From Rhizaria sp. SCN 62-66 (lineage: Eukaryota), in NCBI GenBank assembly GCA_001724265.1, contig MEDY01000298.1:1-39385 (forward strand): DNA of 39,385 nt, given 5' to 3'. The notes below the pieces were generated by a model that worked only from the letters and a program-made list of their open reading frames with translations, was not told the origin of the DNA and made no database searches. Position 1 is the first letter of the stretch. Each line of letters begins with the position of its first letter. The position numbers and the translations under genes were made by a program. Below, piece by piece: positions 1-10,505 of this stretch.

Positions 1-38
1 GTTATGATCGTGTGAGTTGTGATCGTGCGAGTTGTGAT
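1..38. repeat. 15-bp tandem repeat, about 2.5 copies (GTTRTGATCGTGYGA)
   Basis: gttatgatcgtgtga / gttgtgatcgtgcga / gttgtgat read directly; a related word occurs at ~64-75. Confidence 0.8.
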
Positions 39-97
39 GACTTATGCGATAGTTCATTTTTGTTCGTGTGAGTTATAGTCCGCTCCCGCCCATACTA

Positions 98-490
98 CTA
101 TTCTGACCCGCATTCAAGATACAGGTACTCGGCATCGGCATGACATGACAGCTGCAGCACCGAAACGGAGTCAGGCTCTTCAACACGGCGCATGCAAGCC
201 TCGTAGATAACTTCCTTTAATTTAAGTTCTGAGGCCACGTTGGTCGTGTAATGAGCGTTGCACTTGACTTCTTTGAATGTCTTTGACATTATAGCAAACT
301 CAAGGCTCTCGTTGAGAAGTTGTGATGATTTTGAGTTGTCGACCAAATCTTTTGAAGCGGTGGTGGGAGATGCGCTGGGGGGCAGGGAATTTTCTTTGAG
401 GGAAGAGCTGGGAGAGGGTGGCGTCTCTTTGCTCGGCGTCTCTTTGCTCTCATGGCCGTTTGCAAAGAGGTATGAAATATACAGCCTCGG
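98..490 (-). CDS. Partial exon of a CHAT-like (caspase/HetF-related) domain protein; both ends unresolved
   Basis: The frame of ORF 98..346 stays open upstream to 490: PRLYISYLFANGH-(S/P-rich linker)-LLNESLEFAIMSKTF...VASELKLKEVI...SVLQLSCHADAEYLYLECGSE. This resembles the CHAT pattern (hydrophobic strand-LFA, L-x4-E helix, VLHxSxHG-x(n)-LxLE). A pyrimidine tract plus AG lies just upstream (minus strand, ~530-502). The frame is bounded by TAG at 493-491 and TAG TAG at 100-95. Confidence 0.45.
   Translation of the reverse strand, partial: PRLYISYLFANGHESKETPSKETPPSPSSSLKENSLPPSASPTTASKDLVDNSKSSQLLNESLEFAIMSKTFKEVKCNAHYTTNVASELKLKEVIYEACMRRVEEPDSVSVLQLSCHADAEYLYLECGSE
420..449. repeat. Perfect 15-bp direct duplication (GGCGTCTCTTTGCTC x2), encoding SKETP x2 on the minus strand
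   Basis: Seen directly; the length is a multiple of 3, so it preserves the CHAT-like frame. Confidence 0.85.
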
Positions 491-2557
491 CTACATACGT
501 TCTACAGGAGCAAACAAAACAAAACAGCAAATTCGGATTTTGTGAATTCATGCAATGACATAAATGGCGCTTACTGTGGTCCTCATAGCAAGAAGCTTTA
601 CCATATGAAATACAGCGATTTGTTAGAGATTCAAGCGAACATAATATGATAAGATATTTCGATAAGATTTGGCTTCGTTGGTGGTGTTGATTTGCTTGTT
701 CGAGTCTTGTGGAGAGCAGCAAGAGAAAGATTATACGGGATTCATGCCATTGATGAAGCGCAACCATCGTGCTAATCGTAACTGAATTCCATAGCGCCCA
801 TTATTTTTTTCGAGGACGGAAAAAAGTGAACACAAACTATACTTGCTCTAAACTGATATAGCATTTGTTTCAAGCACAGATGATGCCTTTTACGGACACA
901 CAACTCGATTTATGTCGATGTCCCTTCCTTGGATTCTTCGTGACATTTCTTGGATTCCTGTTGAGGCACTCGGTTGTTAGGAAAAGTGACTGTGAGCAAT
1001 TCCAGAGTTCCGGAAAAACCGGTGCAATTGGTACCACTTTGGTGCAATTCATGATATTATAGTAACTCAATACAAATCGACCTTTTCCACTTGGACTTGG
1101 ATCCTCTAACTCTAACTGCGTTCATGGTCAGGAGCTCAGATGCCGCTGAGTTTCCTCTGCTGCTTTGCTGACTCCTTGAATCTGTCTTTCCACAAGTCAG
1201 TCATGATTTGCCTTGCTTAAGCATAGGGCCCGTGTCCCATATTCCTTCCTTGGACAACAATTATAAGACCTTTGTTTTTTTATTTCAAGACCATAACCAG
1301 TGTGGTAATGTAACCAACGAATGGCAATGACCACTGGCGAAATAGAAAGTACAATGTGATGATAGTACATGTACAACTAAGTACAAAAAAGTAGTAATAC
1401 TACACTATATTATTAGTAGAATTAATATCCATGTAGTACTCGTAAGTTAGCTCATTAGCGAACGAATCACCGGTAAATTACTTATATCGCATCGCACGAG
1501 TCGAGTGAAGCCGTTCAAGAGCGTGCGTATTTGAATAGGCCAACACACTGGCACAACCTGCTCTGCACCTGCCACATCGCCCAATAGCGGGGAGGTTTTT
1601 ATTGACATTGCTGACCAATCTAACACGATGATATAGGCCTGAAATTGCACTTTTATAGCTCATTCTCTCTGTGCATAACGATCTGACCACAAAAGGATTC
1701 GACACAACCTCACAGCTGCCTACACAAAACAAGATGACGGCGGGGTGACAGGCTAACGTGTTATTTACCGGATTTTGCATTCAAATATGTCCACACTCGG
1801 ACGGTCTCATCGAGTACGTAAGCTGACTAATATTCTGTTTGTCAAGTATAAGTAGGCTTTATGCATAACGTAAGCTTACTTGTATATGAAACTACGACTT
1901 GTACAAGGATGTTGTAATATAATACAAATATGTTGTTTGCCAGATTCTCCGTGAATATCCACAAACACATCATTGGCGTCACTTTTGCGCAGCCCAAAAT
2001 AGTATTCGACGGATATTCGACGGATAATGTTCGCTAAGAAACACAAATGACACAATCTCTGGCGTAAGCAATAGAAATCTAGAGGGACTTCAAGATGTCA
2101 CTGTCATCGCACCAGCACCAAAGGTATACATTACATATCATGCCAAGCGAATACATCCAGATACGGAAAAGAAAATGCGCATACAGAGCGCGCGCGATGA
2201 AAGAGGACATCGGCGACTATGAAAATAATGAGGGTAAGACGAAACACAACGGAGAATCGTAATAGGGAGCACAAAAAATAAAAAAATTCCAAACAATCAA
2301 GAGATAAAAGACATGTTGTGATCTAACACTGACGTAACACGAAGCACAATACACGCGAGCGAAACTCAACGACGACCATCGAGATTCCTACGACCACTCT
2401 TGCTCTTGAGTTTTTCTTAAAATAACAAAACCTAAACAAATGAGTTTGAGAAAAATAAGAAAAAGCAACAACACAAAAAAAACAAGGAGAAAGCAAAAAT
2501 AACTGCTACATTTTCACATAGCACATTGCGGTCTCAGTTAATATGGTGTTGATTCAC

Positions 2558-5500
2558 TTAAGCGGGCTTGCGCATGGTTTCACGGTCGTGCATGTTCTTA
2601 ACGCCGTCGACGGGCTTAGTGACAGCACGGTACGCAAGCGCAACGGCGAGCGCAAAGACGAGGACAATACCGATCGACACAAAGGCGACAATCTCACCAC
2701 CAATGCGGATCGTGAAGAAACGGACGTCACCGTCGAGCTCCTCGGCGTATACGCACGCCAGCGTCGCATTCTCACACGGCCGCTGCAGGTCCGGCATCGC
2801 CGTCTCGGGCGGGCAGAGGCGCTCCAGACCCTCTCTAACCTCGGCGGAGTCGGCCGAGTTGACGCACGTGACGTCGCGGCTCTGCACCGTGCCGCACGCG
2901 GAGCAGTTGTTCCACGACTCGGGCCGCCACACGAACGCTGTCGACAGCGAGTTGGACGACATACACTCGCCGTTGAAGCATTGCTGGCCGTCGCCGCACG
3001 GCACGCCCGTGTCCATAATGCGCGCGGAGCCGGCGGAGCTGAAGTAGGTGCACGAATCGGAGCTGCTACGAGTCGACGAGCAGAACATAGTACCGCAGAA
3101 GTTGCCGTTGTTGAGCTTAGACTGCGACGCACACGCGGTGTAGGGCGCGCCGGAGAAGCTGGCGCCGGCGGCCGCACACGCCTGCGCGTGCGACATGCAG
3201 GCGCCAGCGTAGCAGTTGCCGGTGCTACCGCCGGCAACAGAACACTCGTGGCCGGCGCCGATGACGAGGTCGGTGGGGCAGGAGGCCGATACGCCGTCGC
3301 ACACTTCGGCCAGGTCACACGACGACGTCGCGGCGCGGCAGATGAAGTTCTCCGACGCGCTGCGCAGCTGGCACGAGGACGTGCAGCAGGCGTCGCGCGA
3401 GGAGCACGCGGCCGTCGACTTGAGCTGGCAAGTGGAGCCGTTGCAACAGTTGTCGACGCCGGTGCAGTCAGCCTGGCCGCAGTCGCACACCTCGCCCGCC
3501 TCGACGAAGCCGTTGCCGCAGATGGGGTCCTCGCCCCACTTGGTCGTAGGCTTGTTGAGCAGGCACGTGAGCGAGCTGTCGACATAAGCGTTGAAGTAGG
3601 TCACGGAGCACGTGGAGAAAATCTTGGGCGGTAGGATGCCGACGACGGCGTTCATGACGAAGCCCGACGCCGCGCACGTGTTGCCCTGTGAGTCGTGCAT
3701 CATGGCGAAGTTATGGCCCAGCTCGTGCGTGACAACGGTGGCGACGAACTCGGTCGTGTGCGACGCGCGCGCCTGGTTAATGCCACCCGCGTACGCGTTA
3801 ACGCACTGCACGGCGACACCGGCGTAGCCCAGCACGGTCTGCTCGAAGTCGTGGCCAGACAGTAGGTGTCCGTTATCGTGCGTGGGCGCCACCGCGGTGT
3901 TCGAGCGCCACGAGTTCCACTTGGCGAGCAGCTCGTCGACGGATACTTCACCGGTGGCGCACGTCGAGCACGTGCCGACGGCCACGGTCCAGGGGTCCTG
4001 AACGACGAAGGCGACCTGCGCCACGAGCACAATCTCCACGGTCGTGGAAAAGGTCGTCGTCGAGGCGTAGATCGCAGCCATGGTGTTAGCGATCGTCGCC
4101 GAGTCGTACTCGGTCTGCTCCAGCAAGCGGTTGTAGCGCAGATTGTCCGATGCAAGCATGAGCTCCACGTAGATGATCGACGGCACAGCCTTTGTCGCCA
4201 TCTTGACATTCGCGCTCACACTTGCACCGGCGGCCGCGCTGTCGGCGGCGGCGAGGTCGGGGGACATCATGTCGACGCCTGCAGCGCGCAGCTTGGCTTC
4301 GATCGTGCGGCGCGTCTCGGCGAAGCTGCCGTGGCCGTGGTGCCGGTTGTGGTGGCGGTGCTGGTGGCGGCGCACGCGCGCGCTCTTGGCCTCGGCACGC
4401 GCCTGGTCGTGCTCATCCTCATCCTCGTCGTCTTCGAGGTCCGCCTCGATGGCGTCGTGCGCGACACCGCAACGCTTGCCACCGGGCGCAATCCCGGCCG
4501 CCTCGTCGGCCGCCGCGGCCTGCGCCGCGAGGTCGAACACGACGTGCAGAGCGCCGGGCGAGAGCGCCTCGCCGCGGCCGTTGGCGACGCTGGCGAGCGC
4601 GAAGGCAACGTCGCGCTGCGAGAGCACGTTCACCGCCGGGCGCACGCCGTACTCGGTGCCGTTAAAGCCCAGCACGCCCGCAAAGCCTCCCGTGCAGGTG
4701 TCGAGCGCGACGAACGTGTCAGCCACGGCGGGCGTCGCCGCGGCCTCGGCGACGGTGAAGCGCGGCGCCGCAGCTGCCAGGTGCACAGCCGCAGTGTCCA
4801 TGCCGCTGCCGTCGGCGCCGTTGACAGCGCTGTGGGTGGTGGCGGCGACAACCTTGCCGTGGTAGTAGCAGTGGACAACCTCATCGCGTGTCTTGGCGGC
4901 GGTCTCGAGCTCGGTGATGCGCTTGCCGTCGATCCACACCTGGCGCTGCTCGGTGTAGCTGGGTGCGAAGAGTGCCTCGTTGCGCGAGTAGTAGACCTCG
5001 ACCGTCGTGGTGGGCGTCAGCGCAAGCGTGAGCACCCCTGCGGCGGGGTGTTCCCACGAGGGCAGCGTCGGGGCCGAGAGAGACGTCACGGACCATCCGC
5101 CCCAGGGGTCGGAGGCGAGGCGGGCGTGGTATAGGTCCGCCGCCGCAGAGGGGGAGAAGATGCGCGACGAGGACGCCGCGCGCGGGAAAAACCACGACGA
5201 CGTGGCCGACGCAGAGGAGAAGCTCTCGGCGCCGGACTTAACGTTGTTGTGGTTAGCCACAGTGGGGAGCGAGGAGGCGAGCATCTCCCACGTGACGCCG
5301 TCGCGGTACAGAGGAGCGGGCGCGCCAGTGGCCAGAGTCGCGAACGCTCCGGTCGAGGCAGCAGCAACCGCCGCAGTAGTAGCGTCGGAGTTAGCGTCGG
5401 CGAGGAAGTGGGTGGAGGAGACCGAGGAAATGTGGTAGCCGTTAAAGTCGGCGAAGGCGGGCGTGCTGTGGACGGAGAATTGCAGTGTGACACAGGCAAA

Positions 5501-5727
5501 GGCGAACAGGCAGCGAAATAGGACAGAGGGTACGAAATCTAGGTGAGATAGGGTACTGTTCAACACGGGAAATGAAAATAGGCGTGCAGTAGTTGAGGGT
5601 CGAACACGTACCGACCAGCTTTGCCGAGGCGAGAGTACTGACTGAACTCACCAGCGCTCGTTGTCGCAGGGGCCGCGACGGCGGCGGCGACGGCCACAGC
5701 GGCGACGAAGAGGACAGAGCGCATCAT
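2558..5727 (-). CDS. ADAM/reprolysin (M12B) zinc metalloprotease-disintegrin, type I membrane protein, ~1007 aa; exons 5727-5612 and 5465-2558
   Basis: Signal peptide MMRSVLFVAAVAVAAAVA; prodomain with cysteine-switch-like KRCGV; YVELMLASD strand; zinc motif HELGHNFAMMHD (3727-3692) and Met-turn FVMNA; disintegrin CGNGFVEAGEVCDCG...CRAATSSCDLAEVCDG; Cys-rich region; TSP1-like WRPESWNNCSACG...QSRDVTC; TM helix IVAFVSIGIVLVFALAVALAY; TAA stop. Confidence 0.92.
5466..5611 (-). other. Spliceosomal intron, 146 nt (GTACGT...CCACAG), phase 2
   Basis: Removing it joins the signal-peptide exon in frame to ORF 2558..5566 (..GKAGR|TPAFADF..); the 3' half is pyrimidine-rich. An alternative in-frame pair (GTGAGT at 5651 / TAG at 5541-5539) also exists. 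Confidence 0.65.
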
Positions 5728-6505
5728 GTGGGTCAGAAGACAAAAAAACCACAAGTGGGGTCGGTGGCGAGAGTGGGACGCGAGACGTGGAGGCGGACCT
5801 CTCGGGACGCGGCGAGGCGGCGGGGCACTTACCAACGAAAAAAACTTGCCAGCGGGGTTGGGCGGAAACGCTTTGCTACCAGAGTTCTAAAGAGAAAGTG
5901 ACTGAGTATGCCAAAAATAGAGGGCGAGTTGGGATGAACAGCGTCAGAAACAGTCGTATGCCGAACAAATTGGAACGTAACAGTCAATAGACGGCGCGTA
6001 TCGGGCTGAAAGAAGCAAGTGCCCAGTACTGCTTGAACACCCCTTTGCGCAGAAGAGAATTATCACAAAAACGACCTTCTGCGCATGCAGAGTTATTTGA
6101 TAAAGATAATAATCACAAGGGGCAATTCGAAGAGACACTTTATAGCGCTATATCAAAGACTGTTGAATGAAAAAACTAATGTAAATAGTCGCCGAGGTTA
6201 CTATCCTCCCCAGTGACTGTGAGCTCTCCTCTTTCTCTGCCCACACCAAGACTCCCAAAACCCTTTGTGGTGAGATAACATTAAATTGACTTATATCTAT
6301 GTATCACTGTTATGCATAAAATTGAACTAGTCTTCGCACAATTCAACATGTTATTGAGTATTATATTTTAATTTTATCTGCTAAGGTTCTAATTGAAGTT
6401 GCTATGTCCTTAATTATCATATTTAGGTTTGATTGGCAAAAGGGCTTGAACCTTGACAAAAGAATCTCAGTTGGGGTGATAAAGTCTGTCATTGAGAGTG
6501 TCAGC
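5728..6505. promoter_or_regulatory. Divergent intergenic region (possible shared promoter) between the ADAM gene and the hypothetical gene
   Basis: Head-to-head orientation and AT-rich composition; no specific element identified. It may hide a 5' exon of the plus-strand gene (possible acceptor TTTAG at 6422-6426). Confidence 0.35.
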
Positions 6506-9436
6506 ATGGATTACATCCCCCCGGCGCACTTGCATGTTGCAGCAGACATTGCGTTCCGTGAACAACGCGTGGGAAGGGCGCAAGCTGTCCTCGCGCAAAG
6601 CCGGAACAAGCCTCTGTTCAACTCGGCCGTTCTTCGTCGCGCATACAACAAACCCGTGCACACACCTGCTCCCGAGCACAAGCTCACCCGCGACCTCGAT
6701 GCAACCACCGCGTTGGACACGTCCATGCGCTACGACGCGCCTCCCGCGCTGCGCTTCGGTTCCGAGGCACCGTCTACTTTGGAATCGAGCCGTTGGGCCG
6801 AGGAGCCAGACGACTCAGCCTCTGCCTCGACAGGATTCCACAACGCCGCGCCGCTTGGCGCGCTGCTGGATCACGTGCGTGTGCCGGAGTTTTCTCCCGC
6901 AGACCTGAGTTACTTTGTTGCTGAGCCTCTCCGCGGGCTCGGGGCATCTCATAACCCTGCCGACAGCAACGCTCTGAGTGGTAGTGACGGCCACTACTCG
7001 GACAACGACGAGGGCAACGACGGACGCCGCGCTGGAGATGCGCGCATGCCTGGCGATGGCGCTGCTTTTATGTTCATAGCAGACGCGGGACGGCATCTGC
7101 TGTCTGACGTGACGCGCTGTCTCAACGCCACAGCCACCAATAACACCACCATGAACACGCACCGGGACGGAGCCAGAGACTTGAATACTGGCGCACACAA
7201 CAGCGAGCAGCTTAACACAGCCGGATTTTTAAGTGGTGTGTCGCCGGCATATCTCTCTCGCGCACGCGCTGCGCCAGAAGACACTGCACATGAAACAACT
7301 TCATTCACATCGCCCGTCCCGCACATCGGCGCAATGGCGGCTACTCCGGCTCGTGGGACGATGGTGGCGATGACGGAGGCGACTCCGCTGCGCGCTGCGG
7401 CTGCAACGGGGCAGGCGCTTGACCAAAGGCTTGCCAGCCTGCTGACACGACTTGACTTTAAGCAGAGTCAAACACACGCTGATGTTGCTGTCGCTCCGCA
7501 CGATTCTGCGCGCACACTGGCGAAGCCGAGCCACTCTTACGCGCGCATGCTACAACAACAACAAGCACAACTAACAGAGCAGCAATACCAACTACTGTCA
7601 CAGAAAGAGCAATTGTAGCTGCAGAAAATTAAGTTCAGCAACAGCGGCGCCGACTTCATTGTGCGTAATACTGCCACTGCTGGCAACACAATGACAATGG
7701 ATGGCGACACGACGACTGACAACGCTGCAATGCAAAATTATAACCAGTGTAACAATGTCGGAGCCGATGGCCTTGCTAGCAGCAATATTGCAGCTTATAA
7801 CAACCCGAAGTACTATCACTACACTAATTCGTACATTGACACCACATTGCCTATTCCCTCAGTTCCGCACAACGCTTACTCTCAGGTTACTAACCATGAC
7901 GATAACAGCATCAGAGCTGAGAGAATCGGGGTTAATCATGGTTGTAAGCAGGCTTCCGGCTTACAAAACGGTACATTACAGACTGGATATGCTTATATTG
8001 CTCAGGAAAGCGAAGCTCACGTTGACGTTGATGATTATGACACTGGCTATGACTATTGCAACGCCGGCAACAGTATCAGAGTGGTTGCTCAGGAGGCGCC
8101 CAGTACCCTGCCTGCTGCAGAGAGTGGGAACGCGTACATTCTCAATGACAGCGATATCTTGAGCCATGGATGCGATTATGATGAGGGCGATGGCAATGAT
8201 ATTGACGACGCTGCTGAGGACTGTGCTTCGTATGACGAGGGCGCCGGAGCAGAAGATGTCCACAACGAGTACATCGTCAATGATCAAAATAACCATGATG
8301 ATGACATCGAAAATATCATAGAAGACGACAGATTAAGCGAGTACATGAATCCTGACACTCAAGAAACGAAAACTGTCAACGGTAACAACGTCTACAGCTG
8401 TGATCATGTCGAGCACGGTGAAGACTCTCAGAACGATCGGTCATCCTTGACAGCGCACACAGTTAGTCATTTTGCAGGCGTCAACACAATCAGCAACCCG
8501 TACATCCAAAGCGTAAACTCTCTACGCAACACTTACTCCGGTGCAAGTCTGCGCACGGAGCGCGCTTCCGTTGCTGACTCCGACTCCGACTCTGACTCGC
8601 CTCCCGCGCGTGTTCGTCGCGAATATCACGTTGCGCCTGTTACAGCCGCAGCGAGTACCGCTCAGGCGCAGCGGCGCGAACGGGCTGCGAGGCGCGTCGC
8701 GGAGGCTGAGGAGGCGCGTAAGCATAGAGAGATGGAGGCATTTTCTGCGGCTGCGCGTGCGGAAGCAGCGGTGCTGAGCCAGCTGAACTCGTCTGCATAC
8801 GCCACGCACTCATTGCCGCGCGGTGTCGAAAGAATGATGGTGCGCTACAAGTACGATACTCAGACAGCTGTTACTGCGACTGACAGTTGGTCCCCAAGCA
8901 GGGTGCGTTCTGGTGACAAGCTTAGGGCCGCCGCAGCAGCAGCCGCTGCGCGTGCCTCCGCTGCCAGAGCTGAAGTGGCCACAAATAGCTCAACATCCGT
9001 GAAAGCTAATGTCGAGCCCCGGTCTGTGAGCCCGGCGGCTAAGACAACAGACGATACCGTAAACCTCGGTGCGAGCATCGCGACCACAGGCGCGACGTCA
9101 GCCGCGTCAGGCCAGTGGGGCCGCGACGGCTGGGAAACTGGCCTGGCTGGTCGGATGGAGCAAATAACGCAGCAACGGCAGTTCATATCGCACCACCACC
9201 ATGACGCACACAACCCACCAGTCTAGCACCAACAGCGCGGTGGAGTCGACAGGATCTTCACCAGTGATGATGACTCAGATAACAGAGTCAGTAATAGAAA
9301 TGCCGGGATTTATATTCCTGGCGACAGTGTTAGCGACCTTATGAAACACAACCTTAATGCTAATAGAAGCAGCGTTGTGAATGGTGCTGGTCGGAAGACG
9401 AACGTAGTAAACATGATGGATTCTGGGAGTGACTGA
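6506..9436 (+). CDS. Hypothetical, largely disordered protein (~976 aa) with Q-rich and coiled-coil patches; two in-frame TAG codons (7616-7618, 9224-9226); ends at TGA
   Basis: ORFs 6404..7618 and 7661..9226 share a frame, with no other stop in the 14 linking codons. After the second TAG, 69 more open codons run to TGA 9434-9436. The start is uncertain (ATG 6404 or 6506, or an upstream exon). Confidence 0.7.
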
Positions 9437-10505
9437 CTGTGATGATAACAGTGTAACATTGCCTGCACAGGCTGCGTTCTCCCATAACACAGCTCATACC
9501 CTCTACGATGACAATTATTAAGACGGTTATGTTTCAAACATTGTTAAAATAACATCTAAAGCAACAAAAGCGTTGCGTAATCATTCGTGAAGATGAAGAG
9601 AGTGAACAGCTGTGTGTAAGATGATGTTGACGGGCAGTACAGAAAAAAGTGCGCATATTATGGAACTAAGATACTTAGAACGTAGAATAGAATAGTACTA
9701 CATATGTAAATACACACAATTTATTAAAAGACAAGCGATATCCAGCCCATAATTGGTTTTCGTTATCATTGAGTGCTATCGTAAAGAAGTTCTGATATGT
9801 GTGTACGCCTACGTGCCACTTGAAAACAAATGGTAAGCTGCAGTGCCACCAGCATTATTCAATGAGATATTGTATAGATATTGATATTGACTTAGATCGT
9901 CAATGTACTTTGGATACAATTTTCGATTGACATTTACAGCGATTCAAGTCAGGACGTGTTTTTCACCACAAACTTGTAAACGCCATCTCCGTCCAAGAAA
10001 GTGTGAGCGGTTTTGGTGGCTGTAGAGACGAAGAAAGGGAAGCTAAATCGATGTGTTAATCGATTGATAATACTCATATAAACAATGAGTACCTCAAGCA
10101 ATCTGTATATAGTGTATGATGTTACATTTTTCATATTCGCAACACCGGTGTATCATGTGATTTTCTTATGTCGTAGACTTCGAGAGTTATCTCGCGCTCA
10201 CTATGAGTCAGAAGCTTCTGGAGATAGTGCCCTAGCTAATCGAATACGTCTACACAAGCGAACGTAACACGTACGTCACCGATGATTCAATAATACGATC
10301 GATTTTAATCTTGCTCATTTCTTGGTAGCACCCATGATCTGAAACATAGTCAAAATCCAAACATCACAAATCGTTTCTGTTTCCGTTCCGCATTTGTTAA
10401 CAACATCACCAACACAACAGAAGCAAGGGCAAAATCTTTAACGACATCGACAACTATATCAAGAGCTTTTTCGAATGCTTTGTTTTTCCAAATGATCGCG
10501 GAACC

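Noticed and set aside
1-75. Left-edge repeats as a CRISPR array or telomere
   Set aside because: Only ~2.5 adjacent copies with no spacers, and not a telomeric motif.
550-2500. Short ORFs (450..767, 865..1062, 870..1070, 1447..1650, 1478..1780) as genes or a transposon remnant
   Set aside because: No recognisable domains, terminal repeats or target-site duplications. Some may include 5' exons of the CHAT-like gene (possible donor GTAAGC at 574), but I cannot resolve a model.
9437-10505. ncRNA or tRNA (including a CUA-anticodon tRNA) in the AT-rich spacers, also 16066-16919 and 21591-22121
   Set aside because: I saw no cloverleaf or A/B-box pattern by eye; tRNAscan-SE or Infernal would be needed to exclude one.
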